From NCBI GenBank assembly GCA_951406725.2, contig OX597815.1:28334001-28398000 (forward strand): a DNA stretch of 64,000 nt, written 5' to 3'. Positions 15,136 to 28,121 of the stretch are shown piece by piece. A program made the translations under genes and the position numbers. This DNA comes from Octopus vulgaris. Taxonomy: Eukaryota. Each line of letters starts with the position of its first letter. Position 1 is the stretch's first letter. Under the pieces are notes generated by a model. The model saw nothing but the letters and a program-made list of their open reading frames with translations, was not told the DNA's origin and did not search any database.

Positions 15136-15630
15136 CATGATGGCTGTTCACTCGTGACTAAGGATGACGATCACAGATTATTGCTAGTGCAAAATTACAG
15201 TAATGCAAAAGTTTTGGATCAATAAGGCTTGCACGACATCTCAGAGATCCTCTCACCCTATAGACATGATCTAGACGCAAGCCACCGCAAGATGTCTAGT
15301 GTCAATGTGGGTCGCAGGCTCAGGAATATGGGAGCGCCATGATCTGAAGCACATGCAAAAGAAACCCCCAAATAATATTCTCTGCCATTTCCTGCATATT
15401 TGGTTTTATATCAGAGTGACCTTCTCCTAGAGACATGCTTTAACAAAAGCTGAGGGGTGCTTCTCTCCAAGTGGTCTTCCCAGCTCGCCGGATACCAGTC
15501 CGAAATATCTAAGTGCCCGTGCTGTTGGAAGATAGTCGCTGAGCCTACACTGAGTCATCCGTCCTTTCGACAAGTCTTCTTTTTGGTCCTGCTGGGTTTC
15601 TAGCAACTTTCCTCACCAAGCTATACCTAC
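15136..15630 (-). mobile_element. Non-autonomous RTE-type retroposon
   Basis: CTAGGAGAAGG..ACTCTGA motif resembling RTE 5' regions; 3' end CACGAGTGAACAGCCATCAT; flanked by (CA)n and (CATA)n. Confidence 0.55.
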
Positions 15631-15913
15631 ATACATACATACATACATACATACAAACATACATGCACAACATACATACATACATACATACATACATACA
15701 TACATACATGATGATGATGGCCGTCCCCTCGTGACCGAGGAAGACCACGAGTGGACGGCTATCATCATCATGTATGTATGTATGTATGTATGTATACATA
15801 CATACATACATACATGCACAACATACATACATACATGCACAACATACATACATACACACATACATACATACATACATACATGCACAACATACATACATAC
15901 ATACATACATACA

Positions 15914-15944
<31 letters not shown>

Positions 15945-16559
15945 GCATGCATATAGAAGGGAAGAGAGGAGAAAGGGGGAAGCACGAAGGTGTGAGAGGA
16001 GATAATTGTCACATACAATAAGTTTGGTTATATGAAGATATTTGTATGCAGTGAAATGAATATTCTGAAACAAGTATTAAGCATTACATACCAAGGATTC
16101 AATAGAAAAGTGGTATAAGTGCATTTAAGTCAATTTATGGTCACTGGAAATGCAACACATATGCTTGTACATTGATTGAAATGTATTTTCTTTTGAACTC
16201 AGTGAATATGAAAGCAACGTATTTCATGGCGATCAGCAATGTCGATTTAAGTGCTTCTATAAAAAATTTATATTGGAAACTTTGCTGATCAATGCTTAAT
16301 ATTGGGTTTTCGAAAATATATCTTTCCCCATAGTGTAAAACTTTTTTTTTTTCTTATTCTTAATCGTTCAAACATTTTGATGTATGATTGCAACATCAAA
16401 CAACTTGTTACTTTGTCAGAAATCTGCACATTATCAACAGCAAATATAAGTTTACATAAACAAAATTAAAATGTTTGGTTATATTTAGCTTGGTATATAA
16501 CATTATTATTCGATTTGACTCAAGTTTGTTCTTATTCCTGGTAGAATTTATGCTGATAG

Positions 16560-16930
16560 CGGGTTACTACTTGTAACCGTAGATATCCCCAAGCTTTCAA
16601 TTATCTTTCAAGTGCTCAAAACCCTTCTTATAATCTTTTCCGAAGAGGCAAACTTTCTGATTATCTATCCCTAAGAGGCAAACTTTTTGTATAAGTTCTA
16701 CAGGACATTCTATTCCAATCCCCTTCAATCATTTGTCTGTATCACTACCCACTGTTTCTAATGTACCAATTACTACAGGCACAACCTTCACAGTTTTCAT
16801 ACTCTAAATTCTTGCAATTTCAAGTTTTAAGAGACAGTATTTTTAAAATTTTTCATCTTCTTTCTTTACAATCCTGGAATTAAACAGACATAATGGATCA
16901 ATTAGTAAGCCGCTTCACTCTTCCTCGTCT
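16560..16930 (-). mobile_element. R4/Dong-like RLE LINE 3' fragment
   Basis: Translates to KEDEK...LEIARI...VVPVVIGTL. Confidence 0.65.
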
Positions 16931-17777
16931 ATTATTGTTTCCAAATTCTTCCCATTTTAAGGGAAGTAAACTTTTTTATTTAAGAAATATTATTGCATTC
17001 TATATAACTATTAATTGTTAAATTTGAATTTATAATTATTTTAGTTGTTAATGATAATTTAGATATGTAAATTTATTTAATTATTATTAGTATATAATTA
17101 TTATAACTGAACGTAAATTTTAAGATATTAGTTAGTCACTTTGTGATAAAGATCATAAAAATGTTTTTGATAGTAGTGATGATAATAGCAATAATAAGTA
17201 TTTTATAAAGATAGGTTATACGTTTTTTATTTGAATTTTCAAATCTTAAATTGTATTTCATAAATATATTCTAAAGATATCTATAATATTTATGCAAGTA
17301 ATAATGGACTAATTTATTTTGGTTATATATTTATACATTTATTGATAGAAAAAATTTTAGATTTTTAATTACTATATTTGTTGATTATAATTTAGATACT
17401 TATTTTTATGTATTTATTATTTTATAAGTATTATATGCGAACTTAAATCTAAATCTAAATAATAGTGATTATTTTGTTAAATGATTTGGTAATTAAATAT
17501 TGGAGTATAACTGAGATAAAGATATTCGATAGTTTATTATTGTTTTTTAAAGCCAAATTATATCTTCACAGATAAATACATATTTCTATCTATCTTTTTT
17601 TACCTTAAGTATTAAATATTTAACATAATAAATGTGTTGTAGAAAATAATCCTAATGTTTTAAATTTCAAATTTAGTTAATGGAGTTTTTCTATAAGAAA
17701 AATTATTATTTGTTTATATCTAATTTTTAAATAAATATTGTTTAGCTCTATCTGCTTATTTATTTAACTATTATCGT

Positions 17778-17879
17778 TAACCTGAAGATTGACTATAATT
17801 TTAAATCGAATTTATTTCAATTGAATTTCAACTTAATTGTAATTCGAATTTAATTGTAGCCATGAAACGTACGTAGTTT
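17778..17879 (+). ncRNA. Type I hammerhead-like motif with extended stem II, at the end of an AT-rich probable PLE relic (~16950-18030)
   Basis: aac-CUGAAGA-u-UGACUAUAAUU...AAUUGUAGCCA-u-GAAA-CGUACG-UA-guu. Confidence 0.6.
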
Positions 17880-18030
17880 TTTTACTTATTATATATTGAT
17901 CATTCATTTTTATACTTTTTGAGATCTAGTTATGTTTTATAAAAATATTTTTATTGGTTATTTATGTTTTGGTTTATGTCTATCACTGTTTGAGTTGCAT
18001 AATATTGGTTTTATCTCTAATTTATATTTT

Positions 18031-18103
<73 letters not shown>

Positions 18104-18479
18104 CTGTGGAAAATTCAGGGATAACTGCATTTGAATTTAGGTTTACTTTATTAAACCAGACCCGTAGCTAATAACTAACTTTTAAAACTTTTTAGTTAGT
18201 CTAAATAGATTTCCTTAAAGGGATTATCTATAATGTGTACCTTCCTCTAAATTAAATACATTCGCTTTTGTTTTGATGAATTAATGCAATGATTGTTCAA
18301 AAGCTATGTTGTAAATATGTGAAAAATGTCTCAAAGTTTCTTTTTAGCTTGTTTATAGTTTCCTTTCTGGAAACATACATGATGTATATCTACTAATGAT
18401 TTAACACGAAAAATGTTGTATGAGATTACAATATTTGTATATGTATATGTATATATGTATATATATATATATGTGTGTG

Positions 18480-18571
<92 letters not shown>

Positions 18572-18575
<4 letters not shown>

Positions 18576-18892
18576 TTTCTCTGTATAAGAATGTTGGAAT
18601 GGTTAAGTTTGGGCTTGTATTTTTCAATGAAGAATGTTTCCTTGTTTAGTCTAATTTGTGTTCCGATAGCACATTGGTAAAATGGAAGGATAAAAAATTG
18701 TGGTAGTAGTTGCTTTGCGCATTTCTCAATGTGCTCAATAAAGGGTATCATTCTGTATTCTGGGAATGCAATCTGTTGTCGATGCAGTGTGCATCTACGT
18801 CTGAGTGATAGTCCCGTGGACCCCACGTAGTTTTGGTGGCAGCCCGAGTATCTTATGACATAAATTATGTTTTCAGAGGTACAAGTAAAATT
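18572..18892 (-). mobile_element. Penelope-like GIY-YIG endonuclease fragment bounded by (TA)n
   Basis: [30 protein letters not shown]. Confidence 0.8.
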
Positions 18893-18905
18893 ATATATAT
18901 ATATA

Positions 18906-19310
18906 CAGGCGCAGGTGTTACTGTGTAGTAAGAAGCTTGCTTCCCAACCACATGGTTCCGAGTTCAGTTCCATTGCATGGTACCTTGGGCAAGTGTCTTC
19001 TACTATAGTCTCGGACCGACCAAAGCCCTGATCGTGGATTTGGTAGACGGAAACCGAAAGAAGTCCATCATATGTATATATGTGTGTATATCTATGTGCG
19101 TGTGTCTCTGTTTTACTCCACACGCGTGACAGCCGGTGTTGCTGTTTTTACGCCCCCGTAACCTAGCGGTTCGGTTAAAGGGATCAACAACATAGTACTA
19201 CGCTTAGAAAATAAAAACAATTATGTACTGGGGTCATTCGACTAAAAATTCAAGGCGGTGCCCTAGCATGGTTGCAGAGTAATGACTGAAACAAGTAAAA
19301 GAATAATAGA
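18906..19310 (+). mobile_element. tRNA-derived CORE-type SINE, family B (octopus OR2-like)
   Basis: tRNA head, ACCTTGGGCAAGTGTCTT core, internal microsatellite, tail GACTGAAACAAGTAAAAG. Confidence 0.85.
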
Positions 19311-19324
19311 ATATATATATACAT

Positions 19325-19490
19325 ATATGCGACGGGCTTCTTTCAGTTTCCGTCTACCAAATCCACTCACAAGGCTTTGGTCGACCCGAGGCTATAGTAG
19401 AAGACATTTGCCCAAGGTGCCACGCAGTGGGAATGAACCCGGAACCATGTGGCTGGTAAGCAAGCTACTTACCACACAGCCACTCCTACG
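19325..19490 (-). mobile_element. SINE family B, 5' half
   Basis: Reverse complement of the family B head. Confidence 0.85.
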
Positions 19491-20491
19491 CATATTTATA
19501 AGTAATTGAATACTATAAGTATAACATTGCTACATCCACGGAAAGTAAAATGCATTAGCCGCAATATCTTGTGACTTCCAGATTCCCTTAGCGATTCTGC
19601 AACTCCTACGTAGTAGCTTCCTAAGACTCATTAAGTTGCTGTGATATAGTAGAGTTAGCAATGTGTGAGATGGTGGAGATTGAATATTAGCAGCAGCCGA
19701 AGAAATCAATGGTGTTGGCCTGCTAGAAACTTTGTTTTAAGGGAATCATGTTCAAATGGCAGTTCTACTAAAGATGGAGGAGTTGGTGATGATATAGCTT
19801 GGGGATAGGATTATTATAATAAGTAAATATGCTTTGGGAAGTTTATTTGTTCATTTGATGCCAACTGGGCCTTGATTGTGTTTCTGTTTGCATGAATCAG
19901 ATAATGTGCAATGGGGAGTAAATTTCAATATATTGTTCTTGTAATAAATCATTTGTCCAGCTTCGTGAAAAGAAAAACAATGGTTTTATTGCTGTTCTTA
20001 ACTGTTTGATAAGTAATTTCTTCGCTTGAGATAAACTGCCCTACGATGGCTGAAAAGAGACATTAACAAGTACACAAACTTGCCAATTGATACACTATAA
20101 CCTTTTAATGATCAGCTCTTTTTGATGTGCAATTAGATATTAGGAAATAGCTAGGAATTTCAGTTCTCTTGCAAACAAAACTGTTTAACTAGCGTTCTAA
20201 TAAAACGAATTCTGGTTCATAGTTTGATACCACTATCTTTGGAAGTCCAAATCTATAAAAATAGAAATAAATATTTCTCTGCATTTTTCGAGCTCCTACT
20301 TGAAAATAAAAAGCTTTGAGCCAAGAAGTAACTGAACTAACAATAATTAATGCATTTCCAGAATTTTGTACATATCCCAGTTCATGTGGAATCTTTTCTA
20401 GAGCTTGTGATTCAGACCATATATCATACAAATAGTGTTTTAAAATTTTACACAAAATCTAACAAATTTCTCAGTAACTAGTAAATAAGCT

Positions 20492-21250
20492 CAGGCGTGG
20501 CTATGTGGTAAAAAGTTTGCTTCCCAACCACATGGTTCCGGGTTCAGTCCCACTGCGTAGCACTTTGTGAGTGGATTTCGTAGACAGATACTGAAATAAA
20601 CCCATCATGTATATATATATATATATATATACAAAATTTAAAGGACTGACCACTAAAAGTGGACGGTCAATATGCTAGATATAGACGTCAAAATCTCTAT
20701 TTTCCACGAAGTATGTGTTCTCAGGTAAAAACTCAGCATAAAACCAAAGTGTAAAAAATAAGCAAGACAAATGAAAATATACAAAATAATAACGATTACC
20801 TATGTACCGATCAGTTTCGCTTGTTAATATCCACGCATATGGATACGTGAAAATCTGCAAGCTCATCAGCATAGTCTGTCGTATACAAACATAATTTCCA
20901 GAACTAGATACAAAAACGTAAATTGACTGCTGTAGTTTATTAACTGCAGGGTACATTTCCGATATCAGCGCGCCAAAGTGAAAGCATTTGAAGGATACAC
21001 ATAAATATAATATGTTGAGCTCTATGCTTGCGGGACATATATATATATATATATATATAAACCGGCTTTAGTTTGTTTACGTCTCCGTAACTTAGCGCTT
21101 CGGCAAAAGGGATCAATAAAATTAGTACATGCATTGAGGAGAAAAAGTACTAGGGTTGATTCATTCGACTAAAAATTATTCAAAGCAGTGCCTTAACAAG
21201 ACCGCTGTCTTATGACTGAATCAAATACAAAGTAAAAAATGAAAATAAAA
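20492..21250 (+). mobile_element. SINE family B split at its internal microsatellite by a ~450-bp insert (20610-21060)
   Basis: Head at 20492-20610, tail at 21060-21250. Confidence 0.75.
20800..20874 (-). ncRNA. Canonical type I hammerhead ribozyme
   Basis: CUAUG-CUGAUGA-GCUUG...CAAGC-GAAA-CUGAUCGG-UA-CAUAG; perfect 5-bp stems I and II, intact core. Confidence 0.85.
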
Positions 21251-24200
21251 AAGATAACTGTAGAAAAATTAGTCCTGCAAACCAATTCTTGCTTTCCTCG
21301 GTATTTGTGTAACACAAATATTGTATCATTGAGTGTTGTGAATTTTTGCACGTTAAAATTCAGGAACCTACAGCCTGCTTTTATTTCAGATAAAACTTTC
21401 TAAAATTAGTTCAAAATAATGTTTGATAAGTTGGCGCTCTAAAAGGGTTGGTCTACACCAATGAATTCAAATAATGCGATTCTTTAAGTGAACATGAAGA
21501 GTACATGTGTTCAAGTGATTTTCAGTGTCTTCAACAGTCTATCAAAATAATAATAATAATAATAATAATTAATTCAACGTAATCAAAGTCACAATGTAAT
21601 GTATTCGTAAAGAACATTGTATCAATATAACATGTAAAGCTCACCTGGTAATTTTCTGAGAAGCTCACTTGCAAACACCAAAATACTTTGGAAAAACGAA
21701 TTGCAACGACCGATGACCATTTTTCCAGTCTGAAAGGTTTCTCATATAGAAAATGTCTCAAACTTTCAAAATTCCATGGTATATAGAGGGTTCACGTTCA
21801 GTATTGCTCCAATTTCTCTGAGAACTGTGAAGTTTCGTCATTGTTGGCTTTATCTCGTATCAGAGAATTTAGTCTCTTTTTTGCTAAACGCTTCATTTAC
21901 GGTGATAATTCTTGCATAGATGAGTTGATAGCATTGACTGAATGGTAGTGAACGAGGTTGGTTTTGTTGGGCCTTGCTCTCTTTTCTCTTCTGATAGTAT
22001 CGAAGTTTTTGGTTCCGAGGGTGATGGAATACTACCACTTGGTATGGTCTTGGGCTTGTGCTTCAAACAATTTAGGCTCAGTTCCAGTGGCTTTCGCTGT
22101 TGATTCGAGTTGATCCTTGTAGCTTCAAAGAAGGCAACCCCGCGGTCTTTTCGTGAGCTCGCTAAATAAAATTTGGCGTTCAATCTCGAGATCAAATAGG
22201 AACATTTTGTGACCAACAACAAAATCTCATCAAGTGTACGACTAACATATACTATAGCCGCTTTCCATTTTGAGCTTTTACACCTGCTATGCAAATTCGG
22301 AAGCATCAACAGTGAAAAGTTGCTTCACACTTGATAGAAGATCTTGCCAAAATAGAGTATTGTGTAATATCTTTTGTCGTGTTAAAGGCCTGTTCTTTAT
22401 GCGTCTTTCTATTTAGTGTGGAGTATTTCGTTCTCTGTATTTTATTCTGTCAACTCATCGTTGCATTCCTTCTTGCTGTTAAGAAAATAAAACTGTCTGT
22501 CAATTTCGATAAAAATCCGGCGATAATAGTTTATGAAATACAATATTCTTCAATTTCTTTTTTCGATTCACAGACACTAATCCGTTGGATCTCGTCTTAT
22601 TAAACTGGTTGATATTTTGATTTCGTCTTTTGAAATATTCATTTCTAAGAAATCTTCAGATGCATAATTAATGTATTTATTGGGGCTAATCAATACATAG
22701 GCGTCTTTGAATGTAGCAATAACTGCATTTTCTCGATTCTCCAATTTATTATGGATTATTGCAACGATGAGAATGTCATTCTTATACATAATTATGTTAG
22801 TAATTCCTCTCAAAATAGACTATATTTACTGTGATAAAATGGAGATGCTATTTTTTAGATACATTTCAAGAATATCGACTAATTAAAGACCGTTACTTGT
22901 ATTTATCATAAGCACTCTCTTAGAGTTCACATCGAAACAATCATACCAGTGTGCATTTTTAAAGTCTGTTAAAAACAAAATAAAAACTTTACTTGTTGTA
23001 CATCAATAATATTGTTTCAAGATGAAGACTTGGAAAATAAAAGTGTTGTATCTTGTTTAAATGTATCACATTCTTAATTTACTATCCGTTTTTTTTGCAC
23101 CCAAACAATTGGTGATGCATTGTTGGCACATTCAGATAAACATGGACTTATAATTCCCATTACCTCAAGATTGTGAAGTTCGTTTTCAATTTCCCTTTTG
23201 TGTGTAGTGAAACTGGATTCAATGAACAAATTTTATTTTCATTGTTTAGTTTTCTAATTTATATATTTGTGAAAATTTTTCACTTAGAATCCAAAATTAC
23301 ATCTATTTGAATTAATCTATAAATGTAATTATTTCTTTCTTATTAGGACCTAAGGCTTGTTTTCAATTGTTATTGAAATCAAATTTGTTTTCCTTACCAG
23401 AAGATCGTTTGTGGCTTAAAGAAAGGGAAATGTTTTCTATCATAAATTGAAACTACATAGTAGATTCGACCAGGAATTTACAAATTTACTTTTTACTGTT
23501 CACTGCTTGCCAAAGAGATTCAGAATATTGATTATAGTCGACTTGTTAAAAGTCAACATTATAGTGGAGAAAGTAAGCTGACTGAATTGACTTCAGTATA
23601 TCACTGGTGCTGGAACAGTGTAAAGACAATCCTGGGAGAACTAGAAGTGAAATAAGATAGACGAACTAACATATTGTAGAATATTTTATTCATTATTCTT
23701 CATACTTTATTCTGTCAACGCGCAGCTCTAGATCCATTTCTTTATTAAATACATGCGTCTTATATTATGGATAATATAAATCTGCTGTCATGATATTATG
23801 CATGTCTTGTAATAGTATGATTAATAACCGATTTGGAACATTTCCAGCTATGTAAATAAGACAAGATATACCAGTGTAGCATAATACTAAGACAAGACAA
23901 AAATACTGGGTGAAGTAATAAAATTTGTGGTAATGTGCAGTTATGTTGTTTATTGTCCAGCGATCTATTGTAAGTGAAACAAATTAGAGTAAGATCTCAT
24001 GAATTGAATTTTCAGCTGTCCGATAGCTATAGACGATTCTGACTGCGTCGAGGCAAAATATCTTTCAAAAAACCGAGAGAAACCTTGGAGGCATAGATTT
24101 TGACTAACAAATGAAGTTTTGCAATGCAGTAATTATATTTCAGTATGCTTGATCAGGTAAGTGACGTTTCACTGGTAAATTTGTTTCCTACACTCCATAA

Positions 24201-24512
24201 TGGAACACTTGGTCTTCTAGGTTATGGCTTGCAATTAATGTTTAATCTAATTACATCAAGTTCAATTTAATTACATCAATTATTGAAGACCAGTTCTGAG
24301 AAATAAAACATTAATTAAAAAAAAACAAAACTATATTTTGCATTCTTCTGGAACAGTTTAGTGTAAATCAGTAAACAGAAAAGTGGGAAAATAATTACAA
24401 AATCTCTCTCTTTGCTCTTCCAATCTCTTACTTTTACATCATGAACTATGCATACATACATACATACATACATATATACATACATACATACATACATACA
24501 TACATACATACA

Positions 24513-24548
<36 letters not shown>

Positions 24549-24589
24549 TACACACACACACACACACATACTCTACGTTTTTTAGCATA

Positions 24590-24645
<56 letters not shown>

Positions 24646-24679
24646 AATGGTGGAAAGGAACACACGAGTTGATATATAT

Positions 24680-24976
24680 GAAAAAACAAGTCAAAAATAG
24701 AAAATGCTAAGATGATTTTATAGTGAATCTTTCAGTACCGGTTTCGGTCATTTTGAGAGCTTTTCAACTGTAACGATTAAATAATTAAATTTAGAAAAAT
24801 TAGAAGAAAAGTTCTGAACACTACTACAGAAATATTCTTTTAAAAAAACTTTTCTTCTAATTTTTCTAAATTTAATTATTTAATCGTTACAGTTGAAAAG
24901 GTCTCAAAATGACCGAAACCGGTACTGAAAGATTCACTATAAAATCATCTTAGCATTTTCTATTTTTTACTTGTTT

Positions 24977-24980
<4 letters not shown>
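24680..24980. repeat. Fold-back palindrome of two PLE 3' termini between (TA)n arrays
   Basis: 134-bp arms (24680-24813 and 24847-24980) with two mismatches seen; homologous to the PLE end at 48165-48305. Confidence 0.92.
24882..24934 (+). ncRNA. Minimal hammerhead, U3-A8 core variant
   Basis: cag-UUGAAAA-GGUC ucaaaau GACC-GAAA-CCGG-UA-cug. Confidence 0.7.
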
Positions 24981-25037
<57 letters not shown>

Positions 25038-25434
25038 CTCATTTTTGTTTTAAGTATGCAAAATTACTTCGGCCATAAGCCTGTTCTATTCTTGACTACT
25101 TGAGATAATGTTGGACAATTGTCGGACTAACAATGCTTACTGAAGCAGAAGCATGCGTCCACGACTCACCTCTTATCTCCAAACAACAAACCGTCCTTTT
25201 CCCTAAAGGTATGTCAGTTTTGGAGAATTCCTGATTCTCTTATGGAAATGGTCTTATCTGTCATATGGTAATTATGACATATCCTCCAGAGGCGGAGATA
25301 ATTTTAATAAATCAATAATTTATATTGTATGGCATTCGATATACCTGTTTTTGCCTATGCTGTTGGCATATATGCCACCGGCCATTCTGAGTTATTTCTC
25401 CTAGATCATTTTGTTTATACATACATGCATATAT

Positions 25435-25675
25435 ATTCTTTTTACTCTTTTACTAGACTGAGGCCATGCTGGGGCACCGCCATTAGTCGAGCAAATCGAC
25501 CCCAGGACTAGTGAAGCACTATCGGTGATTCAAGAAAAACTAGTGACAGACACCCATCTAACAGAACGCACTAGTATACCAATAAGAAACTTGAGGGAAA
25601 TGTTGAACTTCTGTGTAGAAACTACCTACTTCACTATGGACACTGATATATATATCGACATGAATAGGGTTTAGC

Positions 25676-25728
<53 letters not shown>

Positions 25729-26130
25729 AGGATGGAGGGTATATCAGCCAAAACGTTGTGTTAACAACGAACAAGAAGAGGATGTAAATAATGTACATAA
25801 TTAATAATTCCTCATCTCTTAAATATAGAACTAGCACTTATTCTATTGGTCTCTTTTTTTTTTACCGTAACCGCTGTTTCGAGGACGTAAACACACAGCA
25901 TCGGTTGTCAAGGGATGTTGGAGGGGGCACAAACACAGCCACATAAACATACACACACGCACATATACATATACGATGGGCTTCTTTCAGTTTCCGTCTA
26001 CCAAATCCAGTCACAAGAATTTGGTCGGCTCGAGGTTATAGCAGAAGACACTTGCCAAGGTGCCATGCAGTGGGACTGAGGCTCAATGTGGTTGGTGAAC
26101 AAGCTACTTACCACAGCCACTCCTGCACCT
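25435..26130 (-). mobile_element. SINE family B, interrupted at ~25510-25830
   Basis: Head at 26130-25960 and tail at 25510-25435 match family B. Confidence 0.75.
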
Positions 26131-26147
26131 GTATGCGTGTGTGTATG

Positions 26148-26187
<40 letters not shown>

Positions 26188-26189
26188 TA

Positions 26190-26465
26190 AAAAGGCAGAT
26201 AAACACAAATAGGTTTGATGAGAATATTTAAATGCCATACAAAATAAAGAGCACAAAATAAAACAAAAAGCGTTATGTGACAGTCTTATCTTGACAGCTG
26301 TTTCGAGTGAACCATGACTAGACATAGTTTTGGCATAAGCAATGACTCATCCGAAATAGCTGTCAAAATAAGACTACTATCTAAATCGTTTTGTTTATTT
26401 TGTATTCTTTATTCTGTATCCTATGTATATGTACTTGTCAAGCCTGCTTGTTTATCTGCCTTTTA
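26190..26465. repeat. Diverged fold-back repeat carrying hammerhead 3' halves
   Basis: AAAAGGCAGATAAAC...GACAGCTGTTTCG versus CGAAATAGCTGTC...GTTTATCTGCCTTTT. Confidence 0.75.
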
Positions 26466-26777
26466 ACTTCCGTACTCGCTCGATGAGTATCGTTCTTACA
26501 ATCTGCTTTCTATACCAGAATCCCCTGCCCTTGATGAAGGAGTTAAATTTTTTTAAAGTTCTCATTTATTTGAGAACTACTCCATGAATATATATATATA
26601 TATGTGTGTGTGTATGTATGTATGTATGTATGTATGTATGTATGTATGTATGTATGTATATACAGAAAGAGAGAGAGGACAGAAAAACTGACAGACAGAG
26701 AGTTTCGATTATTTCAACAGATATTTAGGAGAGAATTATTTCGTAAATGAGTCTTAATGAATCTATTCTTCTCTCTC

Positions 26778-26849
<72 letters not shown>

Positions 26850-28121
26850 ATTTATTATTTTTTATGAACAGGAAATGGTCGATAAATAAGGATTGTTCTC
26901 CGAAACATTTTCTGCATGAAAAATATTCCTTCAACTTATTGAACCAAGTGTATCCTGGTTTCAAAATGTTTTGCTGTTTTAAAAATTCAAACCGTGTTTG
27001 AAACTTCATGACATATTGGTGACACTTTTAATAATAACCACATATTTCCCATGAATGTTTGTTAGTATCCAAAGAAAATTATGTATCGAATCAGTAAAGG
27101 ACATATGGCAGGTGTTTAAAGCTATAAAAACAACTATATAAAAATAACTACTGGAATTTTTTAATACATTGCGTTCTTTTCAAAAACGCTAACAAGAAAA
27201 GAATTTGTTTGGACAAAATGTACTTGTGCAAAATATTCTCACATAAATTTTTAATTGAACACTCCCACCCATTGATTATTTCTTTTCATCGTTATCTCAA
27301 CGATATAATCTTTTAAAGAATGAATCTTAAAGTACAACAGTTGACTATATCAGTCTCGTGAAGTGGGCGCTAGTATACTTTATGTAGAAATTTTATTAAA
27401 AATCACTTTTTGTGGTGAATACAATCATTATCTAAATAATTAATTCTGATCAAAAAGAAGAGGGGTGACAACCCTAAAATTTTAATTAAATCAGTTAATA
27501 GTAGGATGCCGTAGGAGAGGAAGTTTGATCTCTAATCGTACAACGCTTTTAATAAAACAGTTGTCTGACTTAAACAGTAATTTGAAGGCTTGAGAGCAAG
27601 GGGAAGATTGCTAACGAAAACTTTCGTTGGTTCTGAAAGTATTCCTAGTTTGTTAAAAATTATAAGGAAATCCATAAAAAAGAAATGAGAAACGTGTCCC
27701 TTGCTACTCTACATTGAATGGTATCATTAAAGTGACCCCTGAAACTGCTGATTTCCTGTCACATTCGGAGCCTGTTGGCTTCAACAGTGGCGACAGTATT
27801 GGAGGTAACCCATTCGTGCCGGTTGATGTTGAAATTTCTAGCGCCTTTTATCCCCGGCCTGCTGCTCTCCTTCACTAAATTCGATTGAAAATATCACACC
27901 TAAGGAAAGAATGTCATGTAATTTTTATGGTTTTGCTTGCATCGTCTGGTTTTGTTCAAATTTTCTACACCGACATAGTTTTTGCATGTTAATGATGAAA
28001 ATACAATTCTTTTTTTTCTGAAATTAATTAAAAAACAAGATAAAAACCTATTAAATTTAAATTTTAAGCCCCACTTATCGTCTGTTTCTTTAGCCAGGTG
28101 TTTGAGCCAGTGTAAGTCGTA

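Larger units (their letters stand above)
19950..23400 (-). pseudogene. Heavily decayed Gypsy LTR-retrotransposon pol (RT, RNase H, integrase), interrupted by SINE and PLE inserts
   Basis: PIVWVQKK.D.KLRM (~23100), DASEF and SRTL (~22280), RFGLPKIVVSN..PEF (~20230), in Gypsy domain order. Confidence 0.65.

Noticed and set aside
27680-27878. Open frame ...CYSTLNGIIKVTPETADFLSHSEPVGF... and a minus-strand splice acceptor at ~27900
   Set aside because: No recognisable domain; all minus-strand frames stop soon after the acceptor
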